NCBI GenBank assembly: GCA_910577555.1 | Contig: CAJTLF010000009.1 | Coordinates: 4,709-68,708, forward strand | Direction of reading: 5' to 3' | DNA: 64,000 bases | From: an uncultured Christensenella sp. | Lineage (GTDB): Bacteria; Bacillota; Clostridia; Christensenellales; Borkfalkiaceae | In this document: one piece after another, positions 17,885 to 26,378 of the stretch | Layout: the number at the start of each line of letters is the position of its first letter | Position numbering within the stretch: the stretch's first letter is position 1 | Made by a program: the position numbers and the translations under genes | Notes under the pieces: generated by a model | The model's database searches: none | Seen by the model: only the letters and a program-made list of their open reading frames with translations | What the model was told of the DNA's origin: nothing

Positions 17885-18580
17885 TTATAAAATTCTTTGA
17901 AGAGCAAAGTCAGTTTTATCGCACGAAGCGAGAACGTACTCCACCCCGTTTCTCTGCGTTCTGAAAGGGAAATAAGTCGAGCCGTGGATATGACCGAAAA
18001 CCACTTTTTCCACGCCGTTGCTTTCAAAAAGCTTCGTAAATTCGGTATCGGGGGATTTAGGCGAAAAGGGCGGGTAATGAATCATGGCAATAAGTCTGTC
18101 GCCTTCTTCCTTTATTTTATCCGCCTGAGCAAAACAGAGCTTGAAACGCTCGGCTTCGCGGCGGTACAGTTTTTCGTCGTCGGGAGTAAAATCGTTACTG
18201 CCGGGGCAAGTCCAGCCGCGCGAACCGACAATTACTATATTACCGAATTTAACGCAATCGTTCTGCAAAAAATAAAAGGTTTCGTCGGGAGCTAAGGAGC
18301 GCAGTTTGGTTATTCCGTTCCACCAGAAATCGTGGTTGCCGCGTATGAATACTTTTTTACCCGAAAGCCCTTTCAGCGCATTCAGGTCTGCAAGCCCTTC
18401 TTCCAAAGTGATGCCCCAGCTTATATCGCCCGATATCAAAACGGCGTCGTCTTCACCGACTTTACTCTGCCAGTCGTCTTTAATTTTCTGAAAGTGATTT
18501 TCCCAGCCCGCGCCGAATATGTCCATAGGTTTGTTCGACGCGCTTGAAAGGTGCAAATCGCTTATCGCAAAAATTTTCAT
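17885..18580 (-). CDS. Metallophosphoesterase (calcineurin-like)
   Basis: ISDLHL, GDISWG, GNHDFWW and GHIH motifs in canonical order. Confidence 0.8.
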   Translation of the reverse strand: MKIFAISDLHLSSASNKPMDIFGAGWENHFQKIKDDWQSKVGEDDAVLISGDISWGITLEEGLADLNALKGLSGKKVFIRGNHDFWWNGITKLRSLAPDETFYFLQNDCVKFGNIVIVGSRGWTCPGSNDFTPDDEKLYRREAERFKLCFAQADKIKEEGDRLIAMIHYPPFSPKSPDTEFTKLFESNGVEKVVFGHIHGSTYFPFRTQRNGVEYVLASCDKTDFALQRIL

Positions 18581-18670
18581 AAAATTATTGTAACACGGAT
18601 TTTACGAAAATTAAAGCGATTTAGCGCAAAAAACAGGCAATTATGCGTGACATAGTACTTTTTAAACTTT

Positions 18671-18707
18671 AAAAAATAACAAATCCCCCGTTAAAAACAG
18701 GGGATTT
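18671..18707 (-). terminator. Intrinsic terminator after the 18718 gene
   Basis: Minus strand: AAATCCCCTG-ttttt-aACGGGGGATTT-gttaTTTTTT. Confidence 0.65.
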
Positions 18708-18717
18708 GCGGGAAATT

Positions 18718-19368
18718 TTATTTGGAACAGGATTTGCCCTGCGGGTAGAGCGGAAGCTCGAAGAACCCTGCGCACACTTCCTGAGAGTAGTCCTGAGCGG
18801 GCGGAATTGCGCAATAGCCGTAACTGGGAATTAAGATTTCCACGTCGATTGCTATCTTTAAAATTACCGTAACGCAAGCGTTCACGGCAAAGGTTCCGCC
18901 GTCGACGAACCTGCCTTCGGCACACACCGCCGACACTTCGCTTGTGGCTCTGTACGGCATAATCGACGGAGCGGGCACGAACAGAAGAACGTCTTCTGAC
19001 ACGCTTATAGTGGACTTTGCTACCCCTTCCACTCCGTTTGCGTCGGTGTAAAGAACTTCCACGGGAATCGCGATAGTTGCCTGCACTCTCGCGCAATTGG
19101 GTTTATCGGGAAGGCGTTCGATGTTTATGCTCGTTACGTCGCCCGTGGAAGAAGTTGACCTTGCGCTTATAAAAGTCAAGGGATATGTAGGATTAGCGGG
19201 TACCGCGTCGGTGAGCGTAAGAGTATAATTTTCAAGCTGAATCTGCTTGATGCAGGCGTCGAAGATTTTCTGCGCCTGAATACATACTTTTTCGCACATT
19301 CCGTTTAAAGGATTGCCGTTTATAGTACCGGGGCATTTATCCGATTGAAAGTTAGAAAAAAATGACAT
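18718..19368 (-). CDS. Cysteine-rich hypothetical protein (possibly spore-coat/SPOCS-like; tentative)
   Basis: ORF track 216 aa. N-terminal C..(22)..C...C......C spacing (CPGTINGNPLNGMCEKVCIQAQKIFDAC). Beta-rich repeats resemble coat-morphogenesis domains. Good RBS (aaaggagat). Confidence 0.45.
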   Translation of the reverse strand: MSFFSNFQSDKCPGTINGNPLNGMCEKVCIQAQKIFDACIKQIQLENYTLTLTDAVPANPTYPLTFISARSTSSTGDVTSINIERLPDKPNCARVQATIAIPVEVLYTDANGVEGVAKSTISVSEDVLLFVPAPSIMPYRATSEVSAVCAEGRFVDGGTFAVNACVTVILKIAIDVEILIPSYGYCAIPPAQDYSQEVCAGFFELPLYPQGKSCSK

Positions 19369-19406
19369 TTTTATCTCCTTTAATGAGCTTTTAGTTTATT
19401 ATACGT

Positions 19407-19706
19407 TTACACGCGTTTTTTGGGTACGTACAGCCTGCAAGTAGGATATACGGGACGGGCAAAGTTCGCGTCTTTAAGCTCGCTTTCGCCAACCCCGAAT
19501 TTGCGGGCGATTACCGCGTAATTTTCAAGCGGTTTTGCCACGTAAAGCAGCATTTCTTCACCCCTTGGCACTATTTCTCCCGCAAAAACTTCTTTTACGG
19601 GCGTTTTCAGTTCTTTTTCAAGGTCGGTCAGTTCGACGCCCCGTCTTACTCTTACGTATTTACTCTTTTCCGAAACGAGCGTAAACATTTTATATATCAT
19701 ACGCAA
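19407..19706 (-). CDS. Small protein with C-terminal LysM-like domain
   Basis: YVAKPLENYAVIARKFGVGESELKDAN....VYPTCRLYVP matches the LysM pattern (Y.V..GD....IA..fgv....L...N......G..L.vP). The start codon is uncertain. Confidence 0.45.
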   Translation of the reverse strand: MRMIYKMFTLVSEKSKYVRVRRGVELTDLEKELKTPVKEVFAGEIVPRGEEMLLYVAKPLENYAVIARKFGVGESELKDANFARPVYPTCRLYVPKKRV

Positions 19707-19758
19707 AATAACGGCGGATTGTTCATAATCGGCAAACGAATTTTGTAAAATATTGTTG

Positions 19759-21261
19759 ATGAAGACGAATATTTACAAATCGGCGGCGCAAGTAACCGCA
19801 TTTTCGACAGTGGAAAAATGCCTGAGCTTTGTTTACAGAATTATTTTAACCCGCATTATAGGCGCGGAAGGCATAGGAATTTATCAGATTTGTCTAACGG
19901 TTTTTGCCGTATTCCTTACCGCCGCGTCCAGCGGCGTACCCATAACCGTATCAAGGCTGATGGCTAAAAGCGGCGCGGAAGGCGATACCCGCGGCAAGCA
20001 CGCGGCGGTTACGGCGGGTATATTGAGTACGCTGGTCGTAACCGTGCCGATTGCGCTCGTCCTGTTTCTTGGCAAGGGAGCGTTCGGATTTCTTTTTTCG
20101 GACGAGCGCTGTTTAGACATATTCTTAATATTGTTGCCCGGACTCGTCCTGACTTCCGTTTACGCCGTAGTGCGCGGCTCGTTCTGGGGAAACAAACAGT
20201 TTTTGCCCTATTCCGTAATCGAGCTTTTGGAAGATTTGGTTATGGTGGTTGCCGGCGTTTGTCTCGTTTTCGGAGTTTCCGACCCCGTTACGGGCGCGAG
20301 AAATGCGACGATAGCCGTGCTTATTTCGTACGTGTTCTCTTTTATAGTTTCGCTTTTGTGGTACTTTAAAAAGGGCGGAAAGCTCGTAAACCCCAAACCG
20401 CAGTTAAAACCGCTGTTTTCCGCCGCCGCACCCATTACGGCGATGCGCACTTCCACTTCGCTTTTAAATTCTTTGGTTGCAATAATTCTGCCCGCCATTC
20501 TCGTAAACGCGTGCGGTTATTCCAACTCGGAAGCGATTGCGCTTTACGGCGTGGTTCTGGGTATGGCAGTACCCTTGGTTTATGCGTCCAACGCACTGAT
20601 AGGCTCTATCGCGGTAGTGGTCGCGCCCGAGCTGAGCGAAAACTACTATAAAAATCAAGAAGCCGCAGTGCGGCACGACGTGGAAAAGACGGTTAAAGCG
20701 TCGGTATTCATTGCGGCGATACTCATACCCATTCTGTTCGTTTTAGGCGGAGCGTTGAGCGAATTTTTATACGACAGCGAGCTTTGCGGCAAAATAGTGC
20801 AATTGAGCGCGTTTATGGTACTGCCCACCTGCGTTACGATGATTACGAATACCGTTTTAAACTCTATGAACTGCGAAAAGCGCACGCTTTTGTACTATTT
20901 TATAGGCGCGGGAGTTATGCTTGTCTGTCTTGTGTTCCTTACGAAATACCTTGACGTGTACGCGTATATTCTTGGCATTTCTTTAAGCCAGATTATCTGC
21001 GCCGTGCTTAACCTGAGATTGCTATCCAAAAAGTGCAAGGGCGTCAACTATAAAAAATACCTTATACACTCGCTGATGGTTACGGTTGCCGCCTGCCTTT
21101 TCGGTTACCTTTTAAACGGAATAGTCGCAAGCTATCTTGCGCCCGTATGGCAGCTGCTAATATGCGCCCCGCTCATTTTCGGGTTTACGATTGGCGCGCT
21201 GTACTGTCTGGAGCTGTTTACAACCCGTCCGTTTAAAAAACTTTTTGCGCGTAGTAAATAA
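19759..21261 (+). CDS. MOP-superfamily flippase (polysaccharide biosynthesis protein / SpoVB-like)
   Basis: About 14 TM, roughly 500 aa. N-terminal ..RI.L.R.IGAEG.G.YQ motif typical of SpoVB/MurJ-like proteins. ATG 19759 preferred over TTG 19753. Confidence 0.7.
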   Translation: MKTNIYKSAAQVTAFSTVEKCLSFVYRIILTRIIGAEGIGIYQICLTVFAVFLTAASSGVPITVSRLMAKSGAEGDTRGKHAAVTAGILSTLVVTVPIALVLFLGKGAFGFLFSDERCLDIFLILLPGLVLTSVYAVVRGSFWGNKQFLPYSVIELLEDLVMVVAGVCLVFGVSDPVTGARNATIAVLISYVFSFIVSLLWYFKKGGKLVNPKPQLKPLFSAAAPITAMRTSTSLLNSLVAIILPAILVNACGYSNSEAIALYGVVLGMAVPLVYASNALIGSIAVVVAPELSENYYKNQEAAVRHDVEKTVKASVFIAAILIPILFVLGGALSEFLYDSELCGKIVQLSAFMVLPTCVTMITNTVLNSMNCEKRTLLYYFIGAGVMLVCLVFLTKYLDVYAYILGISLSQIICAVLNLRLLSKKCKGVNYKKYLIHSLMVTVAACLFGYLLNGIVASYLAPVWQLLICAPLIFGFTIGALYCLELFTTRPFKKLFARSK

Positions 21262-21264
21262 AAT

Positions 21265-21639
21265 TTACTTCTTTTTGAACGAGAGCTTGACCGAAAACAA
21301 GCCCTTGACGGCGAGCAGAATCAGAAACGCGCCAAACAGCTTTTTCAGAACCTGCGCGGGAAGTACTGCTGCCAAAAGCCCGAAAAGCACGGAAGTTATA
21401 AGCGCGGGAACGACTACCCACCAAACCCCGTCGGTGCGCAACAGTCCCTTATCTTTATGAACCTTTAAGGAAAACGCGGACATAGGTAAAAACGCGGCGA
21501 GATTGGTTGCCTGCGCCACGTGCTGTTCCACCCCGAAAAATATCGTGAGCGCGGGTATGAGAACGGTACCGCCGCCCATACCCATACCGCCCAAAACTCC
21601 CGAAAGAAAGCCTGCCAAAAGGTAAAATATAAAACTCAT
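21265..21639 (-). CDS. Half-size TauE/SafE (TSUP) family membrane transporter subunit
   Basis: 124 aa, 4 TM, Gly-rich first helix LLAGFLSGVLGGMGMGGG. ATGA overlap with the upstream half. Confidence 0.65.
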   Translation of the reverse strand: MSFIFYLLAGFLSGVLGGMGMGGGTVLIPALTIFFGVEQHVAQATNLAAFLPMSAFSLKVHKDKGLLRTDGVWWVVVPALITSVLFGLLAAVLPAQVLKKLFGAFLILLAVKGLFSVKLSFKKK

Positions 21640-21998
21640 ATAATCATCCTTATCCCCGCGGCGAGCATAACGGCGATAAACACGGCGTTTACTAAACCGA
21701 CGGGGAATTTATTCAGCGCAAGTGCGCCGACCAGACCGCCCGCAACCGAACCCAAGGCTGCGGGTATTACTACGCCTGCGTCGAAATAGCCGCCGAAGAT
21801 ATAGGTAATAAGACTTGCGGCGCAAACGGGCGCGATTATCAGTATAGCCGTGGCGTGGGCGCGTTTTTCGTCGTAGCCGAGTAAATTTTTTAAAAGCGGC
21901 ACTACGACCATACCGCCACCGCCGCCGAAAAGTCCGTTTACCGCACCCGTAAGCAAGCCGCACAGCACCGCTTTGAAATTCTTTTTTAAGTAATTCAT
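21636..21998 (-). CDS. Half-size TauE/SafE (TSUP) family membrane transporter subunit
   Basis: 120 aa, 4 TM, LLTGAVNGLFGGGGG motif. Paralogous to the downstream half. Confidence 0.65.
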   Translation of the reverse strand: MNYLKKNFKAVLCGLLTGAVNGLFGGGGGMVVVPLLKNLLGYDEKRAHATAILIIAPVCAASLITYIFGGYFDAGVVIPAALGSVAGGLVGALALNKFPVGLVNAVFIAVMLAAGIRMII

Positions 21999-22166
21999 AA
22001 CTCCGTTGCGCTTAGTTTTTGCAATTTTAATTAAAATAATAAATTTTTTTGTACAAGTCGCGCGTTAATTGCTTGCCTAAAACCGCCGTTTATATTAAAA
22101 TATCATAGTACGATTATATATATTAAAGAAACGCGGGGTTTCCCCGCAAAGCACTTCAGGAGTTTT

Positions 22167-25100
22167 ATGGCAAAAAATCACTCTTACAGAAAAGTAACCA
22201 AAAAGTCGGTAATCGCCGCGCTCTGCGCACTTTCGATTGCCTGTACTGGACTTGCCGCGGCTTGCGCGCCCGCGGAAGAGGAAGACGACGACAAGAAAAA
22301 GCCGACCAGAGAAGATACACAGCTTCTTAAAAACGGCGACTTCGAATACTTCGATATTCCCGACGACGCGATTTATTTAATTAAAAACGTAAACAACTGG
22401 ACGCTCGGCGGCGGAAGTTCGGTTAAATCGGGTATTATAGGCACTAATCCCAAAGATTGGGACGCCCTTTCCGACTACGACCTTACGCAAAAGCTGGACT
22501 ACAATAACGACGTGGGTTCTTCGTCCGACGACTATATCAACTACAACTCCATGCGTTCGCGCGATATTTTATACCGCGAGCCGCACGCGGCAACCCGCAC
22601 GGCCGAGCAGTTGAAGGACGATACCATAATTAAAAATTACGGCGGATTACAGGCGTTTTTAGGTATAGAAGGCGACAAGGAAAGCGGCTATACTTACAGG
22701 GGTGAAACCGTTTACGAAGACGAAGGCGACTTCTACTTCGACAAGGAATTTACCAAACAGGTGAGAAAGGACGTTATTGACAACCCCCACACTCATCTGG
22801 GTGAAATCAAGGAAGAAGACGGCGAATACACGCTGAACGGCAAAAAGCTTTACTCCGACGACGACGGCAATCTTTTCACGGACGAAGAGAAGAAAAACGG
22901 CGTAGGTAACGTGCTGATGGTGCACAACTACACCACCGACGGAAAGTATAACGGCATTCAGCAGTACTATTCTTCCACTTCCATTACTCTGGAAGCCAAT
23001 ACCGCGGCGGAAATTTCCGTTTGGGTTAAAACTTCCGATTTGAAGTTCGATAAAGGTTACAGCGCGCTTAACGAACAGGACAAGGGTGCGAGCATAGAAG
23101 TAGTTCAGACCGTGAACGGCACGACGCTTGACAACTTCGTAATCAAGAATATAAACACCGAAAAAATCATTGCCGGCGCGACCGCGGGCGACGCTGATAT
23201 AACCGCTTACGAAAGCAACGGCTGGCTCAACTACAAAATCTACGTAAACGCGTGCGATTTTGCGTCCAGCACCATTCAGCTCCGTTTGGGTCTCGGTCAG
23301 AGCGGCGACGAGCAGGTTACCGGTTACGCATTCTTCGACGACGTTTCGGTTAAGAAGTACCGCTCGCTCGAAGACGACGGCACCGACTGCACCTACAACG
23401 ACCATAAAGCGGAAATAGGAGAGAATAAAACTTCCTGCACGCTTATAAGCAAGGACGACGAAAAAGTTTTCAACGCCGACAAGGAGCTGAGAACCACGGG
23501 CGGAGATAATAACCGTCACGCCTACCACTTTGCTTACAGCGTTGACCTTGCGTCCACGCTCGGGAACGTAAACAGCTACTCTCCCGTTGAATTCGGAAAC
23601 TCGACCGTTACCGCGGGACTTACCACCGAAAAGGACGGCGTTAAGCTTTACGCGGCGGCGAAAAATAACGGTGCAAACATAGTAGGCGTTACCAACGGCG
23701 ATACGGATAAAAGCTTCGACCTTGTTAAAAACTTTAAGGGTTTGCCTACCGAAAACGACCTTTTAGGCGCGTTTGCGAACGGCGCAACCTTCGGCAGTAA
23801 TCTGTTTAACGGCACCGATTATTCGAAAATTTTAAACGACGCGCTCACGGGCGAAAACGCAATACCCGCACTTCAGGATGCAAACACCTATCTTACCCTT
23901 TCGGCTTGGGGCGCGCCCTATACTTCCACTATAAAGAATGAACGGTTCAAGCTCGCTAAAGACAGCTATGCGATTGTATCGTTCTGGGTTAAGACGAGCG
24001 ACGTGAGCGGAACGGCGGCGACCGTAAAAATTTACGACGCCGAAGATACCGATAAGGAACACGCACAGTCAATTGCCATAAACACTACGGGCGTTAAAAC
24101 CAACTTCGAAGACGAAAAAGATATTTATAAGGGTTGGGTAAACTGTTTCCTGTTCGTTGCAAACGAAACGGACGACGAAACGGAAAAAACCTTTAATATA
24201 GACTTCTCGTTCGGCGCAACCACGATTAAGAGCGCGACTTACAACTACGGCTGGGCGGCTATCGCAAATATGCAGGTACTCGGCGTAGACAAGGAAGTTT
24301 ACGAGCTGGGCTCGAGCGGAAGCTACACCGCACTGTTCTCTTTCAGCGACGAAGACGAAGATAAAGACGGAAACGCTATGGACTCTGCCGTAGCAACCTC
24401 CGACGTTAAGAAGGGTATTGCAAACCCTGCAAATTACCTTGGAATAAACGGCGGCAACTCGTCGATTTCCGGCGGGGATAACGACCAGTCTTACGACGCA
24501 AGCAACACCAACAAGAATGCCGGACTTATCAACCGCGACGGTTTCGGTAATTACGACGATGCAACCAAAAAACTTATACTCGACGCTTTTGGCGGTTCAA
24601 GCGCGGCGGTGAACTGGGACGAAGCGTTCGGCGCGGATTGCTATCAGCCCCTTATCATTATTAATAATTTAAGGACTTATTCTGAAAGACAGGTCAGCAA
24701 CTATGGTTTCGTAGGCTCTGACAAGACCATTGCAACCGACGGTTACGAAACGATAAGCGTAAGGGTTAAAGTAAGCGGCGCCGCCGTTGCGTATATTTAC
24801 CTGGTTGATGCGGAAAACCCCAAGAACCTGCTTAAACACACCACTCCCGCTTACACTTTCTACTACGACAACGACGGCAACGTGCTTGACGAAAAATTCG
24901 ACGAAGACTGGAAAGAATCCGAGCACCGCGAACACATAGTTTATACTCTTCGCGACGACGGACTTTACGACGGCAAGGACGGAAAGGTTTACGCAAACCT
25001 TTACAACCTTAAAAAGTCGTTTAAAAACTTCCAGTTCGAACACGAAGTATTCTACGACGAAAACGGCAACGCAGTTCTGTTCGACAATCTTGAAGACGGA

Positions 25101-26309
25101 AAGGATTATTACGACAGCGCGGACAAGGCTACGAGAAAGCTTCTCAACCACTACCTTACCAACACGGCGGGAACGCGCGTTTACGAATACAAGGACGGCA
25201 AGTACTACTACATTGTAGACAAGAAAACTTCTGATACGGAAGTTGAGAAATTCGACGTTAAGTACGCGAGATACGATTATAAAGCAATCGACGAAGAATG
25301 CTTAGTAAAAGTTGAAAACACCAACGGCAAATGGAAAACCGTAAACTTCGTAATTCACACCGGCAGCAACGCCAAGAAGTATAAGCTTGAGCTCTGGAGC
25401 GGTGCGCGCAACGAAACGGGCGTAACCGACGGTAATTATGCAGAAGGCGCGGTAGCGTTCGATTACAGCTCTTACTCGGTAACTTCGAGCAACTATACTA
25501 ACGTAATAGGCGAATACGAAAATACCGTAATAGACGGCTACAAAGCACTTCTGAAAGAAAACGGTCTGGAAAGCGAAATTTCTTCCAACAGCGAAAACAT
25601 CGCTTATTATGAAGAGCTTGTTGACAGACTGATTAAAGAAGGCAAGCTGACCGAAACTGACAAACTTACGGCGTTCAGACAGCTCTATACCGCTAAGTAC
25701 TACACCTTCACCCTTTACGATTCGGCAAATTACGTTCCTTTCAACTCCACTACCGCTAAAGACGGTGAAACGGGTTACAATTACAAGGCAAGCGATTTCA
25801 GCGAAGTTCTGGCTTACTTCGAATACGAAGATACGAACCAAAACTCTCACAACGTATTCCTTGATTACTCGTCCGTAGACCAGAATATAACCCTTAACAC
25901 CAGTGACGGCGACACCGACGACGGCGACACCGACGAAGAAAGCACCGTAAACGGCGACCTGTTGCTTTATATCTCGTCCATACTGCTTGTAGTCGTTCTG
26001 CTTCTGACGATTGCGTTTATTCTCGGAAGAAAGTTCTGGAAGAAACACCGCGTAGGAAAGGGCGATAAACAGCGCAACAAAAACGTATACCGTCAGCGCG
26101 ACAGATATATCAAGAAGCTCAAGCTCGTTAAAAACGAAGACGCCGAAGAAACGGTTGACGAGAGTGCGGAAACGCCTGCCGACGCAACCGAACCCGACGA
26201 AGTACCTGCGGAAGAAGTTCCCACGGAACAAGCTCCTGCGGAAGAGACCGAAAGCGACGGAAACGCTGAAACGCCCGACGAAAACGGCGGCGAAGAAAAA
26301 CCCGAATAA
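22167..26309 (+). CDS. Giant cell-surface protein of unknown function (signal/lipoprotein-like N-terminus, three or more jelly-roll/CBM-like modules, C-terminal TM, acidic cytoplasmic tail)
   Basis: N-terminus KKSVIAALCALSIACTGLAAACAP. Recurrent strand motifs AEISVWVKTSD (about 23012-23038), AIVSFWVKTSD (about 23975-24001), ETISVRVKVSG and WKTVNFVIHTG..KYKLELWSG. D/N/Y/G-rich DxDGN motifs. TM LLLYISSILLVVVLLLTIAFILG followed by RKFWKKHR. Glu/Pro/Ala/Thr tail. Confidence 0.7.
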   Translation: MAKNHSYRKVTKKSVIAALCALSIACTGLAAACAPAEEEDDDKKKPTREDTQLLKNGDFEYFDIPDDAIYLIKNVNNWTLGGGSSVKSGIIGTNPKDWDALSDYDLTQKLDYNNDVGSSSDDYINYNSMRSRDILYREPHAATRTAEQLKDDTIIKNYGGLQAFLGIEGDKESGYTYRGETVYEDEGDFYFDKEFTKQVRKDVIDNPHTHLGEIKEEDGEYTLNGKKLYSDDDGNLFTDEEKKNGVGNVLMVHNYTTDGKYNGIQQYYSSTSITLEANTAAEISVWVKTSDLKFDKGYSALNEQDKGASIEVVQTVNGTTLDNFVIKNINTEKIIAGATAGDADITAYESNGWLNYKIYVNACDFASSTIQLRLGLGQSGDEQVTGYAFFDDVSVKKYRSLEDDGTDCTYNDHKAEIGENKTSCTLISKDDEKVFNADKELRTTGGDNNRHAYHFAYSVDLASTLGNVNSYSPVEFGNSTVTAGLTTEKDGVKLYAAAKNNGANIVGVTNGDTDKSFDLVKNFKGLPTENDLLGAFANGATFGSNLFNGTDYSKILNDALTGENAIPALQDANTYLTLSAWGAPYTSTIKNERFKLAKDSYAIVSFWVKTSDVSGTAATVKIYDAEDTDKEHAQSIAINTTGVKTNFEDEKDIYKGWVNCFLFVANETDDETEKTFNIDFSFGATTIKSATYNYGWAAIANMQVLGVDKEVYELGSSGSYTALFSFSDEDEDKDGNAMDSAVATSDVKKGIANPANYLGINGGNSSISGGDNDQSYDASNTNKNAGLINRDGFGNYDDATKKLILDAFGGSSAAVNWDEAFGADCYQPLIIINNLRTYSERQVSNYGFVGSDKTIATDGYETISVRVKVSGAAVAYIYLVDAENPKNLLKHTTPAYTFYYDNDGNVLDEKFDEDWKESEHREHIVYTLRDDGLYDGKDGKVYANLYNLKKSFKNFQFEHEVFYDENGNAVLFDNLEDGKDYYDSADKATRKLLNHYLTNTAGTRVYEYKDGKYYYIVDKKTSDTEVEKFDVKYARYDYKAIDEECLVKVENTNGKWKTVNFVIHTGSNAKKYKLELWSGARNETGVTDGNYAEGAVAFDYSSYSVTSSNYTNVIGEYENTVIDGYKALLKENGLESEISSNSENIAYYEELVDRLIKEGKLTETDKLTAFRQLYTAKYYTFTLYDSANYVPFNSTTAKDGETGYNYKASDFSEVLAYFEYEDTNQNSHNVFLDYSSVDQNITLNTSDGDTDDGDTDEESTVNGDLLLYISSILLVVVLLLTIAFILGRKFWKKHRVGKGDKQRNKNVYRQRDRYIKKLKLVKNEDAEETVDESAETPADATEPDEVPAEEVPTEQAPAEETESDGNAETPDENGGEEKPE
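25905..25934 (+). repeat. Perfect 2 x 15-nt tandem repeat inside the giant ORF (encodes DGDTD-DGDTD)
   Basis: gacggcgacaccgac occurs twice back to back, just upstream of the TM segment. Confidence 0.9.
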
Positions 26310-26325
26310 CGGATTACAGTAAAAC

Positions 26326-26359
26326 AATCCGCCCGACCTTTTGAAAGGTCGGGCGGATT
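26326..26359. terminator. 15-bp hairpin between convergent genes (probable bidirectional terminator; weak U-tracts)
   Basis: AATCCGCCCGACCTT-ttga-AAGGTCGGGCGGATT. Confidence 0.6.
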
Positions 26360-26378
26360 TATCGTTGTAAAAAAATTA

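Noticed and set aside
17815-18027. 70-aa minus-strand ORF spanning the pyr promoter region and the 3' end of the phosphoesterase gene.
   Set aside because: It overlaps a well-supported CDS in another frame and runs across the predicted promoter. The translation looks non-protein-like.
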